Shown here piece after piece: positions 9,740-19,709 of a DNA stretch of 64,000 bases. The DNA comes from Nitrospira sp. (GTDB lineage Bacteria; Nitrospirota; Nitrospiria; Nitrospirales; Nitrospiraceae). A program made the translations under genes and the position numbers. Every line of letters begins with the position of its first letter. Positions within the stretch are counted from its first letter, which is position 1. Under the pieces are notes generated by a model. The model made no database searches and had not been told where the DNA came from. It saw only the letters and a program-made list of their open reading frames with translations. The stretch covers positions 1,376,001 through 1,440,000 of the forward strand of contig AP038806.1 of the NCBI GenBank assembly GCA_047150005.1. Direction: 5' to 3'.

Positions 9740-11208
9740 CTTTCTGGCTCCAGCCTGATTTCCTTGACCTCCCCGAATCCGGACAACATCTTCGGCAAGG
9801 CGCCGCCCGGCCCGACGGCCACGATCGTCAGCCGGTCGGGATGAAGATGTTTCCGCGCCGCAGCGAGCAGTTCCTCCCGCTTGAGCGCGACGACACGGGC
9901 ACGCAGTTGCTGTAAAAAGTCCTTCGGCAGCCCGTCGTATTCCAGTTCGATCAACCGATTGACGACGGCGGCGGCATTCGGAAACGAAAAGACGAAGGAG
10001 TTCACATACGCTTCCTTCGCCTCCGCCAGTTCCTCTTCCGACACCACATCGGTACGGATGCGCTCGAGGTTGGCCACGAACCGGGTGATCACTTCCTGTG
10101 TGGACGGCAGCTTCGTTTCGGCCCGCATCAGCCAGACTCCCTGATCGTGCACCCCTGGAGTGAGGCGGCTCCCGACTGAATAGGCCAGTCCCCGCTTGGT
10201 CCGGACATCGTTGAACAGGCGGCTCCGGAACGAGCTGCCTCCGAGAATGTCGTTGGCCAGCGCCAGCGCCGCATAGTCCGGATCGGTCTCCTTGATGGAC
10301 AAATGGCCGACCCGCAGGTGCGTCTGCGAGGTTTCCTTGCCGACGAACCGGATCGCCGGCGCCGAGGCCGCCGACTCCCGGACATCGGGAATCTTCAGCT
10401 CCGGTACCTCCCCCTTCTTCCAGTCGCCGAAGGCCGCCCGCAGCATCGCCAACATTTCATCCTTGCGGAAGTCGCCCGTCACCCCCAGGATCATGCCGTT
10501 CGGATACACGGTCTTCCCGTGAAAGGCCACGAGGTCGGTGCGCGTGATCCGCCGGATGGACTCGACCGTGCTCTCCCTGGCGCTCGGATGGTCGGGACCG
10601 TAGAGCTGTTTGAGGAATTCGCGGCTGACGATGGAACCGGGATTGTCCTGTCGGCGCCGGATGCTCTCGATCGCTTGGAGCTTGGCGAGCTCCAGCCGGG
10701 CCGGTTCGAAGGAGGGGGAACGGAGCAGTCCGGCGAAGATATCGAGACCTCGCTTGAAATCCTTGCTCAAGACATCGAGCGAGGCGGAACCGGACAGCCG
10801 CCCGATCGCGATGCCGACATCGCCCGCGAATTGCTCAAGTTCCTGATCCACCTGTTCGGCCGAGCGCGTGCCGCCGCCGCCTGTGCGCATGACCGTACCG
10901 GTGATCGCGGCCAGACCGACTTTCTCCGCCGGGTCAAGCCAGGCTCCCGTGCGCAGGGTCGCGGACAGGGTGATCAAAGGCAGTTCGTGGTCCTCAAGAA
11001 GATAGACCACCATCCCGTTCTCGAGCATCACCCGGTCGGGATCGGGCGGAGTGAATTCGACCGGCTCGAACTTCATTGACCTGGGATCAGTCGTCGTCGC
11101 GTCGCCGCCCGCGGCGACCATCAATGGAAACAGCAATGCGAAGCCGGCCACACCCGCTGCCAGGCCGGTTCGCCGAATAGTCGATCGCACACGGTTCACG
11201 AAATTCAT
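9736..11208 (-). CDS. M16B peptidase, non-catalytic subunit
   Basis: LENGMVV start of the M16 fold and SRLFNDVRTKRGLAYSV motif; no HxxEH; signal peptide. Confidence 0.9.
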   Translation of the reverse strand: MNFVNRVRSTIRRTGLAAGVAGFALLFPLMVAAGGDATTTDPRSMKFEPVEFTPPDPDRVMLENGMVVYLLEDHELPLITLSATLRTGAWLDPAEKVGLAAITGTVMRTGGGGTRSAEQVDQELEQFAGDVGIAIGRLSGSASLDVLSKDFKRGLDIFAGLLRSPSFEPARLELAKLQAIESIRRRQDNPGSIVSREFLKQLYGPDHPSARESTVESIRRITRTDLVAFHGKTVYPNGMILGVTGDFRKDEMLAMLRAAFGDWKKGEVPELKIPDVRESAASAPAIRFVGKETSQTHLRVGHLSIKETDPDYAALALANDILGGSSFRSRLFNDVRTKRGLAYSVGSRLTPGVHDQGVWLMRAETKLPSTQEVITRFVANLERIRTDVVSEEELAEAKEAYVNSFVFSFPNAAAVVNRLIELEYDGLPKDFLQQLRARVVALKREELLAAARKHLHPDRLTIVAVGPGGALPKMLSGFGEVKEIRLEPES

Positions 11209-12845
11209 CGAGTCACCTCACCGGCCGACGCCGCGGCCGCCTGTTTCACCGCGACTTTTTTGACCAACGTCGCCACGGTTCGGTTCGATTTGGTGAAATA
11301 TTCCGAGGCCACGCGTAGAATGTCCGCCGGCGTGACCGCTGCAATCTTGTCCCGCGCGTTGAGTATGTAGCGCCAGTCCCCCGCCACGGTCTGATAGAGG
11401 GCGAGCTGGGAAGCAAGCCCGCTGTTGGAACGTAAGGCGCGAACCATATCCGCATCCAGATTGTTGAGCACTTTCTCCAACTCCTTTGCAGTGACCGGCT
11501 CGCTCTTGAGCCGCTCCAATTCGGCCAGAATCGCGGATTCGACCTCCGCCGCCGTATGAGGCGCCAGCGGGGTCGCCTGCAGCACGAACAGATTGGGGGC
11601 ACGCACGCCCGGATAGTTGGCGTCCGAGTTGACCGAGGAGGCGAGCCTGCCGCCCAGCACTAGCTTGGTATACAAACGCGACGTCAATCCGTCCGTCAGG
11701 ATCTCGTCGATCACGTCGAACACATAATCGTCCGGATGTCCGAGGCCTGGTTTGTGGAAGCCGATGGCCAGGGAAGGCTCCGCGTCGAACTCGACTTCAA
11801 CCCGGCGCTCGCCGCGCTGCGGAGGCTCGACCGTCACGATCTGCGGCGGGGGCGGCGCGGCCGGAATTTTTCCGAACGTGTTCTCGATCAAGGTGATCAC
11901 GTCCTTCGGGGTGATGTCTCCCACGATGCCGATCGTGGCGCGTCCCGGTCCGTAGTACGTCTTGAAGAACGCCTCCGTGGTGGCCGGCGTCAAGGACAGA
12001 ATGTCCGATTCCCATCCGATCGTCGGAACTCCGTAGGGATGGGCGCGGAACGCGGCCGAGGTAAAGGTTTCAAAGAGCAGCCCGCTCGGGCTGTCGTCAT
12101 TGCGCAACCGCCGCTCTTCCATGACCACACCCCGCTCCTTGTAAAACTCCCGAAGGACCGGGTTGGCCATGCGATCGGCCTCGATCGCCGCCCACAGCGG
12201 TAACCGGTTGGATGGCAGATTGATCATATAGCGGGTCAAATCCTTCCCCGTCGCCGCGTTCAGTCCCACTCCGCCGTGACGCTGATAGAGCAGGGCCATT
12301 TCGTTGCCGGACACGTACTGCGCGGCCTGTTCCTGCAGCTCCTTCGCGCGCTGCTGCAGGCCGGCGATGGCGGCTTGCTCGTCCGGATCCGCTGGCCGCT
12401 CCTGAGATCGCCGGGCCGCCTCGCGCTGCCGTTGTTCGAGCTCCGTGCCGGCCCGCGACAACTCCTCCAGGAGCGGCTTCTCTTTGGCATAGTCCTTGGT
12501 CCCGATCGTCCTGGTCCCCTTGAACGCCATGTGCTCGTACAGATGTGCCAGCCCGGTCTGCCCGACCTGTTCGTTGACTCCCCCGACCGCGAAGGTCATG
12601 TTGATCGAGACGATGGGCGTTTGATGCCGCTCGACCATGAGCACCGTCAGGCCATTGGCCAATTTGTGCTCGATCACCCGCTCGGCCAAGCCGGGCGCAG
12701 CTGCAAAAAGAGGGTTGAGGTTCAGGCTCAAGGTGAGGAGCATGGCAAGAACCAAGGCCGTGAAGCGCGAGGCGTGAAGGCTATCTCGCGAACGGCAACC
12801 AACGAACGACGAAATACGAGATACGAGCGACGTTTCTCTGTTCAT
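11205..12845 (-). CDS. M16B zinc peptidase, catalytic subunit
   Basis: GLAHLYEHMAFKGT (HxxEH), NAAT, ERGVVMEE. ATG overlaps the upstream stop (ATGA). The N-terminus is encoded by a heptamer element; alternative start at 12743. Confidence 0.92.
   Translation of the reverse strand: MNRETSLVSRISSFVGCRSRDSLHASRFTALVLAMLLTLSLNLNPLFAAAPGLAERVIEHKLANGLTVLMVERHQTPIVSINMTFAVGGVNEQVGQTGLAHLYEHMAFKGTRTIGTKDYAKEKPLLEELSRAGTELEQRQREAARRSQERPADPDEQAAIAGLQQRAKELQEQAAQYVSGNEMALLYQRHGGVGLNAATGKDLTRYMINLPSNRLPLWAAIEADRMANPVLREFYKERGVVMEERRLRNDDSPSGLLFETFTSAAFRAHPYGVPTIGWESDILSLTPATTEAFFKTYYGPGRATIGIVGDITPKDVITLIENTFGKIPAAPPPPQIVTVEPPQRGERRVEVEFDAEPSLAIGFHKPGLGHPDDYVFDVIDEILTDGLTSRLYTKLVLGGRLASSVNSDANYPGVRAPNLFVLQATPLAPHTAAEVESAILAELERLKSEPVTAKELEKVLNNLDADMVRALRSNSGLASQLALYQTVAGDWRYILNARDKIAAVTPADILRVASEYFTKSNRTVATLVKKVAVKQAAAASAGEVTR
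12759..12837. repeat. Heptamer inverted-repeat element, copy A (empty)
   Basis: CGTGAAG CGCGAGG CGTGAAG GCTATCT CG ... CGAACGA CGAAATA CGAGATA CGAGCGA CGTTTCT. Confidence 0.8.
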
Positions 12846-13489
12846 TCGAATATCTCCATCAATTGTTCCGGTCGTTCAATGAACCAGTCGGGGCGGCAGG
12901 CGGTCATGCGCTCACGGTTTCCCATGCCGTAGCCGACCGCGCAGACGCGGATTCCGGCATTGTGGCCGCCGTTGATGTCGTTGGTGCTGTCTCCCACCAA
13001 CACGGTCCGGTCCGGCACGGCCTGCAGGCGTTCCATGATGTGCAACAACATGCCCGGTTCCGGTTTGAGGCCGAACCCGTTGTCGCCGCCGACGACGAAC
13101 TGAAAGTGCTGCGCGCCCAGGCCCTGCAGGATCACGTTGGTGAATTCGATGGACTTATTGGTGGCCACCGCCTTGCTGGTGCGACCAAAATGCTGCAACG
13201 CCGGCTCGATGCCCGGGTAAAAGCGCGTGCGATCGAGGCAATGCGCCAGGTAATGCCCTCGGAAGACCCGCAGAGCCTCGTCGAAACGGTCCGGGTTGCT
13301 CTCTCCCACCGCTTGTCTGAGCAACTTCTTCACTCCATCTCCGACGAAACCGAAAATCTCCTCGAGCGGACGCTCCGGCAGCCCCAGCTCGGCCAGCGTC
13401 AAATTCACGGAGGCGGCGATGTCCCATTTCGATTCGATCAGCGTGCCGTCCAGATCGAATATCAGTAAGTCGACCGGCGTTTTTCCCAT
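12842..13489 (-). CDS. gph: HAD-family hydrolase, phosphoglycolate phosphatase-like
   Basis: FDLDGTL, ATNK, KPEP, VGDSTNDI. Confidence 0.85.
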   Translation of the reverse strand: MGKTPVDLLIFDLDGTLIESKWDIAASVNLTLAELGLPERPLEEIFGFVGDGVKKLLRQAVGESNPDRFDEALRVFRGHYLAHCLDRTRFYPGIEPALQHFGRTSKAVATNKSIEFTNVILQGLGAQHFQFVVGGDNGFGLKPEPGMLLHIMERLQAVPDRTVLVGDSTNDINGGHNAGIRVCAVGYGMGNRERMTACRPDWFIERPEQLMEIFE

Positions 13490-14046
13490 TACTTCACCTT
13501 CCGCAATTCATCCTCCAACCCGGCGAGCCGGTCCCGCTTGTCCGGCTCGCTTTCCTTCACCCAAGCCTCGCGCACGTAATTGAGCATCCGCTTCTGGCCG
13601 ACATGCGGGGGCAGCACGGGCTCGATGATTCTCCAGCGATTCTTGACCGATTTGACTCGGACACGGATTTCCTCCGTTCCCGCCTCGGGAACGAATCCGG
13701 CGGTTTCAAGATAGACGGATCCAATGATTTGAAATGCTACCGGCACCACCACTTCCAGGCGATCGACGATATCCCACTGAGTGTAGTGCTCCGCCACGGT
13801 AAAGCCGCGGATGACCACGATGCGCCCCCAGGTCGGCTCGTCCCGCCAGTCGGTATACGGCGCGACTGCTTCGAACGACAGGGAGTCCAGGCGCGCGCCC
13901 TTTTGATCGAGCAGGAAATACTTTTTCACGATCTCGGCGGGCGAATGCTCGAGGCCCCCGGTCTGTCCGGCTGCCGCGCCGCTGAACAACAGCAGTCCAA
14001 GCAGACTCAGGAAGGCCGGCACCGACCGAGATGGCCGACGTCTCAT
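13489..14046 (-). CDS. Exported hypothetical protein
   Basis: ATG 14046 overlaps the pyk stop; Arg-rich n-region plus hydrophobic signal peptide; stop overlaps the HAD start. Confidence 0.75.
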   Translation of the reverse strand: MRRRPSRSVPAFLSLLGLLLFSGAAAGQTGGLEHSPAEIVKKYFLLDQKGARLDSLSFEAVAPYTDWRDEPTWGRIVVIRGFTVAEHYTQWDIVDRLEVVVPVAFQIIGSVYLETAGFVPEAGTEEIRVRVKSVKNRWRIIEPVLPPHVGQKRMLNYVREAWVKESEPDKRDRLAGLEDELRKVK

Positions 14047-15527
14047 GGGACCTCGTGCAACTTCATGAGATTCGTTCCTCCCGGCTGTCCGATCCGTGTC
14101 CCGGACAAGATGACGATCCGTTCGCCCGGTTTCACGAACCCCTCCGCCTTCAAGCGGCGTTCCGCTTCGTGGACTCGTTCGTCCGTTTGCGCGATCTGGT
14201 GCATGCAATGCGGAATCACGCCCCAATAAAGCGCCATCCGCTGACGAACGGGCTCGAACGGGGTGAACGCGACGATCGGGGCCGCAGGGCGTTGCTTGGA
14301 GATCAACCGCGCCGTCGCGCCCAACTCGCTGAATGCCACGATCGCGCTGGCCGTGATGGCCCAGGCGGCCGTGGATGCCGCGGTGCAGATCGCCTCCGAA
14401 CAGGACCGCGCGTTGCCGTCGGCGTCACGCCGGCGCACGGCCGACGGCTCAATCCCTTCCTCCGCAGCCCGGATGATCCGATCCATGACCCGAACCGTTT
14501 CGACCGGATAGCGTCCGATGGCGGTTTCCGCCGACAACATCACGGCATCGGTGCCGTCGAACACCGCATTGGCGACATCGGAGGCTTCGGCTCTGGTCGG
14601 ACTGGCACGCTGGGTCATGGATTCCAACATCTGGGTCGCCGTAATGACCAGCCGGCGACGGCGGTTGGCCTCGGCGATAATGCGCTTCTGTAGGACCGGC
14701 ACGGCTTCGGCCCCCATCTCGACGCCCAGATCGCCGCGCGCGATCATGACGCCGTCCGCGGCGTCCAGAATGGCGGGCAAGGCGTTCACGGCTTCGACGC
14801 GTTCGATCTTGGCGATGATCGGCACGTCCCGCCCGCAGGCGGCGACCAACTGCTTCGCGGCCTTGACGTCCTCCGGTCCGCGGACGAACGACAGCGCAAT
14901 ATAGTCCACGCCCGCCGCGACTCCGAACCGGATGTCCTCGCAATCCTTCTCCGTCAGCGTGGGCGCACTGACGGTCGTTCCTGGCAGATTGATGCCTTTG
15001 TGCGAGAGGATGCGCCCGCCGGTGACAACCAAGCACTCGACGACACCGCCGGCAATTCGAGTGACCGTCAGCTCGATCAGGCCGTCGTCGATGAGAATAC
15101 GCCCCCCCGGCCTGACGTCGCGAGCCAAGTGCTGGTAGGTCACGGGAATGTCGATCTGCCCGTCGGACATCCCCCCGGGCGCGGCACCGATCTGAGCGCC
15201 CTGAGCGCCCGACTGCGCCAGTTGACCGCCCGACCGGGCCAGCGCCGTCCGCAGTCGCACTGATTGCCCGGGTGCGACCTCCAGACCCTTTTCGCTCACC
15301 TCGTCCACCCTGATGCGCGGTCCTTGAACGTCTTGAATGATGGCGACCGCGACCTTGCGGCCGGCGGCGGCTTCGCGAACGGCCTGAATGGCGCGGCCGT
15401 GCGAGGCGTGCGTGCCGTGGGAGAAATTCAGTCTGGCGGCGTCCATTCCATGCTCGATGAGACGACCCAGCATGTCCAGCGACTCACTGGCCGGACCGAT
15501 CGTGCAGACGATCTTGGCTTTTCTCAT
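14043..15527 (-). CDS. pyk: Pyruvate kinase
   Basis: KIVCTIGPAS, RLNFSHG, IIAKIE, ARGDLGVE, ATQMLESM, MLSAETA. Confidence 0.97.
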   Translation of the reverse strand: MRKAKIVCTIGPASESLDMLGRLIEHGMDAARLNFSHGTHASHGRAIQAVREAAAGRKVAVAIIQDVQGPRIRVDEVSEKGLEVAPGQSVRLRTALARSGGQLAQSGAQGAQIGAAPGGMSDGQIDIPVTYQHLARDVRPGGRILIDDGLIELTVTRIAGGVVECLVVTGGRILSHKGINLPGTTVSAPTLTEKDCEDIRFGVAAGVDYIALSFVRGPEDVKAAKQLVAACGRDVPIIAKIERVEAVNALPAILDAADGVMIARGDLGVEMGAEAVPVLQKRIIAEANRRRRLVITATQMLESMTQRASPTRAEASDVANAVFDGTDAVMLSAETAIGRYPVETVRVMDRIIRAAEEGIEPSAVRRRDADGNARSCSEAICTAASTAAWAITASAIVAFSELGATARLISKQRPAAPIVAFTPFEPVRQRMALYWGVIPHCMHQIAQTDERVHEAERRLKAEGFVKPGERIVILSGTRIGQPGGTNLMKLHEVP

Positions 15528-15714
15528 GCGACGCCCTTCGTGCTTGACAAGACAGTAACCGCCACCCAATATTCATTGCGGGCCAGCGCCGCAGGCATCC
15601 GGAAGGCAGCTGGACGGAGAAAGGTCTCTCTCGCGTTAATGACGGGTCATTCTAACAAACGAGAATTCCACCCGCAAAGATTCTTCCAGCCTGAGGCGCG
15701 TACCGGGAGGTCCC

Positions 15715-18033
15715 ATGGAGCACCCAACCCGACGACTTGATTTCGTGACGATCGGCGGGCTGGTGGCCTACGGAGAACTCCTGGCGCAGCGGCAAGCCCA
15801 CGAGGATCTGCTCCTGCCCTCTCCGCCTCCGACCACGAACGATCGACGCCGGGCGGCAGAGGGAGCCCTCGATGCCGTCCGGTCGTTCGTTGAACGCGCC
15901 AAGGCCGGATTCGAAGACGCCGCCGCCTATCGGGCCGCGCGACGGGCGCTCCTCGAAGACCATTGCGCGGGGGATCCGCTGGTATTTTTCGCCGCCTGGA
16001 ACACATGTCTGGCATCGGGGGAATTGCAGCCGCTGTTGCACGCGCCGATCCGAACGGTGTCCAAACCGATGCATCGCCGCCCCGTGGCCATTGTCCCCCG
16101 GGCCGATCTCACACCCCAATTGGCCGAAGGCCGGATCGTCCTGGACCTGGGCGACGATCGATTCTGGCTGTTACCCCGCGATCTCACGGGCCGGACCCGG
16201 CTGTTCACGATGCGCCACGGTGTCTCCAGGGGCGAGAGCAAGACTCACCGTGTCGGCTGCCGCCTGATGAATCGACTCGACCCCGAACGGGGATTTTCCC
16301 GCGCGGACTCGGTCGGGGCCGCACTGGCCCGCATGGTCGGCGTGGTAGCCCAGCAGCTCGATTTTCTCCATCTCTCCAACTATCTCAACCCGCACGCCTT
16401 TCTGCACTTCATCAGCCGCAGTCCCAACACGAAACAACTCTTCTATCGGGTGGTCGAGGCCCTCGTGCCGGACGCGGGATCAAGACCGGAGCCGGCGCTC
16501 GAGCCGGCATTGGAGTCATCGGATTTCGGGTGGGTCACCGGGATGGAGAAAACGTTGGAGGCCGAGGAAGCGGCCCGGGTATTCGGCGTCGACGTGAAGA
16601 GCGCCAAGTCTCTGCTCAAGGATCCCCTCTATTGCTACCCGGGCGGCAACTCGTTCTTCGACCTGTACGTAGACGTGATCGACGGTCTCCATGGCGTCGG
16701 GCGCGCGCACCCGGGCAAGGTCGCCTGCCTGTATACGCACAGCTCGACGCTCCGTGCGCTGATGATCTATTTGGATGCCCGGCCGTTCCACGAAGCCTTT
16801 ACGGAGTTCAGTGACTATAAAGAGAGCCAGGACAACGTTGTGCTCCTGACGTTCGAGCATGGACGGTTGTAGGGTTACTCTACGGCGGTCGGCCTCTCCG
16901 AGCGGGAGCGGATCGCGCGGGAGGCCTGGCAAACGGTGGAGCGTGAGCGCAGGGATCGCGTCACCCTCAAGCCGCGGCAGGTGAAGCGGCTCATAGCCCT
17001 CGTTTCGGGAGGAGACTTTGCTGGCGCCGGCGCCGCGCTCAAGGAGTTGCGCGTGACCGGCAACCGGTTCGGACTGGAGGTGCGTTTTGTCCGTCACGGG
17101 TTTCTCGGTCTCGCGAACAATTGGATCGAAGCCGTCACCGAACACGACACGCGGGGGATGAGCAGCCTGGCGAGCAGTCCCATCGGTAGCAGCCGGTTCG
17201 AAGATTTCAAAGACGAGCGGGTCCAACAGGCGGCGATGCGACACCTCACCCCCTATGCAAACGACAGCGTCGTCGTCGTGCTGGGAGGCGACGGCAGCCT
17301 GCGAGGCGCGCGGGCCATCTACGAAAACTTCGGCGTGCAGGTTATCGGACTTCCTGGCACCATCGACAACAACATCGACGGCACGACCTCGCTCGGATTT
17401 CATTCGGCCGTGGCGCTCGCCAACCAGTCGATCGAGTCGCTCAAGGCCACGAGTTCGGCCATGGGCAGCATTTTCTTCGTCGAAGTCATGGGCGCCGGGT
17501 CAGGACACTTGGCCCTGGCGTGCGCCTATCAGGCGCGCGCAGAGGGTCTGTTGGTCAACGAGCATCCGGATCCGGACGCCTACATCGACGAGATCATCCT
17601 CGGAACGCTGAAGCGCACGCTGGGCGTTCCCAATAAGAGTCATCTGTTCGTGGTGGCGGAGCGCACTCCTCACCGCCATCACCGGGAAGGCGGCGTGCAC
17701 GGTCTGGTCGACCACATCGCCGACACGATCGCGCACTGGCCGCAGCGCCAGGTGAAAGCCGATCAGTATCCGCTGACGCTGGCCACCAAGGCCACCATTC
17801 TCGGCCACACGCTCAGAGGCGCGCCGCCCACACCTGAAGACAAGACCATCGCGCAGCACCTGGCATACGAAACGGTCCGACGGGTGGTGGAGGCGCCCGA
17901 CACGATCGTGGGCTGCATGGTCGCTTATCGCGATCAGGCGACCATCGACACCATTCCACTCCACGCCGTATCACCCAAACCGTTCAATTGGGCGCTCTTC
18001 GCCCGGATGCACGGAAGCGAAGCGACGGACTGA
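15715..18033 (+). pseudogene. pfkA: Histidine-phosphatase/6-phosphofructokinase fusion interrupted by an in-frame TAG at 16870-16872
   Basis: ORFs 15715..16872 and 16936..18033 share a frame and the gap is open. First part has MRHG, LESSDFG and YTHS; second has GGDFAG, GGDGS, PGTIDN, EVMG and LGHTLRG. Confidence 0.75.
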
Positions 18034-18110
18034 CCATACGCGCTCCCGCGCTTCGTTGACCTCGATTCGGAACGCATGATAGCGTCTGGCCTCTATCGGG
18101 ACATCCGGCG

Positions 18111-18566
18111 ATGATGCGCCCACCCACACGAGGCATCTGGTCGGGATTGATCGGTCTCGCGCTGCTGCTCAGCGCGACGGTCGGAACGACCGGCACGGTC
18201 GATCCGCAGATCGAGCCGCCGGGGCGTGCTTCTTCCAAGCTTCAGACACTCCCAAGCAACGGTCTGCCCTCGGAAACGGACGAGGCGGCCTCGGCACTCA
18301 GTCAGAAGACCGAGATTCCTCAAAAGGCGAAGGACCTCCTCCAGACGATTCGGGAGCGTCAGGGCGCCCCGCCTCCCGGCTACGTGGGAGGACGTGCGTT
18401 TCACAACCGCGAACGCCGGCTCCCTCGGGGTCTGTACCGAGAGTATGATGTCAACCCCAAGCTACGAGGCCGGCCGCGCGACGCGGAACGGATCGTGATC
18501 GAGCAGAAGACCGGCCTGGCTTACTACACGGCCGACCATTATCGAACGTTCGTTCCTTTCAGGTAA
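18111..18566 (+). CDS. Secreted guanyl-specific ribonuclease (barnase/RNase Sa family)
   Basis: GGRAFHNRERRLP, YREYDV, RDAERIV, YYTADHYRTF; signal peptide. Confidence 0.92.
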   Translation: MMRPPTRGIWSGLIGLALLLSATVGTTGTVDPQIEPPGRASSKLQTLPSNGLPSETDEAASALSQKTEIPQKAKDLLQTIRERQGAPPPGYVGGRAFHNRERRLPRGLYREYDVNPKLRGRPRDAERIVIEQKTGLAYYTADHYRTFVPFR

Positions 18567-18571
18567 GGCCC

Positions 18572-19117
18572 ATGCCGCACCAGACGTCCCTCGGCTCCGT
18601 CATCCAGTCGATCAAGGCACCCTGGGTCATGCTGCTTGTGCTCAATCCGGGAGATCACGTCGAGAGAATCTTTCACGTCCCGGACGGGTTCAGTCTGCAT
18701 GTGCTCCGCGGAGCTAAGTGCCGCACGGGCGCCGGGTTGTTCCAGGAATTCGCCCGCGCGTTGAAGTTTCCCGACTATTTCGGACACAACTGGGATGCCT
18801 TGGAAGAGTGCCTCGCGGATCTGGAATGGTTGCCCGCCAAAGGCTACGTGCTGGCCGTCACGGAAGCGGAGCAGGTGCTCACGCAGGAGGAAGAAGATTA
18901 CAGCACGTTTCTCGAGGTGCTGAGCGACGCGGGTGAAGCCTGGGCGACCGGCCAGGCCGGTTCCGGATCCAGGCGGCCCTTTCACGTGATCCTGACCGTG
19001 TCCGAACCGCAGCGACTCAAACGAGCGCACTGGTCGATCCCGAAGGTGGACCTTGGTGCGGACGTGCGGCGACTCCGGCCCAAGACATCGCGAAGGCGCC
19101 CTTCAGCCGGAACCTGA
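18572..19117 (+). CDS. Barstar-family RNase inhibitor
   Basis: LKFPDYFGHNWDALEECLADLEWL; directly downstream of the RNase. Confidence 0.92.
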   Translation: MPHQTSLGSVIQSIKAPWVMLLVLNPGDHVERIFHVPDGFSLHVLRGAKCRTGAGLFQEFARALKFPDYFGHNWDALEECLADLEWLPAKGYVLAVTEAEQVLTQEEEDYSTFLEVLSDAGEAWATGQAGSGSRRPFHVILTVSEPQRLKRAHWSIPKVDLGADVRRLRPKTSRRRPSAGT

Positions 19118-19233
19118 ATCCGTACCGCCATCGGCAGGACACGCGGCACCGTAAGGTCCGCGTAAGGTCAGATCGACTGGAGGGGACAGCTGGGGTAAAA
19201 GAGTACGCTTGATGGGGCAGACGTTCCGGTCAT

Positions 19234-19449
19234 TCACCGCCGCTTCCACCGGAAGGGTCCATGAGACAGCGGACCGTCGGTTGCCGCGTCTCGGTCACAG
19301 GCACGGGACGCCCGCCATCGGGCCTGGACTTCATCGCGGTGTATCTTGCAAATGCCGTGTGTTTCCCGCACATCATCGAAGGGGGGCTTCTCCCCCACCA
19401 CGTCGCTGTTCTTTCCCTCGTACCGGCACCAGGAACACACGACCTTCAT
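19234..19449 (-). CDS. Small hypothetical protein with CxxC...HGICxxH motif (71 aa)
   Basis: MKVVCSWC...THGICKIH from ATG 19449. Confidence 0.6.
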   Translation of the reverse strand: MKVVCSWCRYEGKNSDVVGEKPPFDDVRETHGICKIHRDEVQARWRASRACDRDAATDGPLSHGPFRWKRR

Positions 19450-19709
19450 ACTCAGCGCCTTCTTCAGATCCTGTCTGTAGATAACGCAAGATTCGGACCG
19501 ATGCCCAGTGTGCCCGAGGAGAGCGGTATTTCCTAAATAAATCGCAAACCCGCGTGTGGAGACCATCACCATCCGACTGAATCAAAAATGAATCGCCTGT
19601 GGATCGAAGTCGCCATTTTTTTGGCATCCTCGACCACATTCGAGCTGGGATCGAGGTCGTCGGCTTCCTTGACCGGTTCTCGCCGACCATGATAGGTTGC
19701 GCCCCCGTC

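Noticed and set aside
16870..16872. Pyrrolysine or genome-wide TAG recoding
   Set aside because: Many genes here end at TAG at the expected position (nxrB, sdhA, sdhB, murJ); no pyl genes in the window
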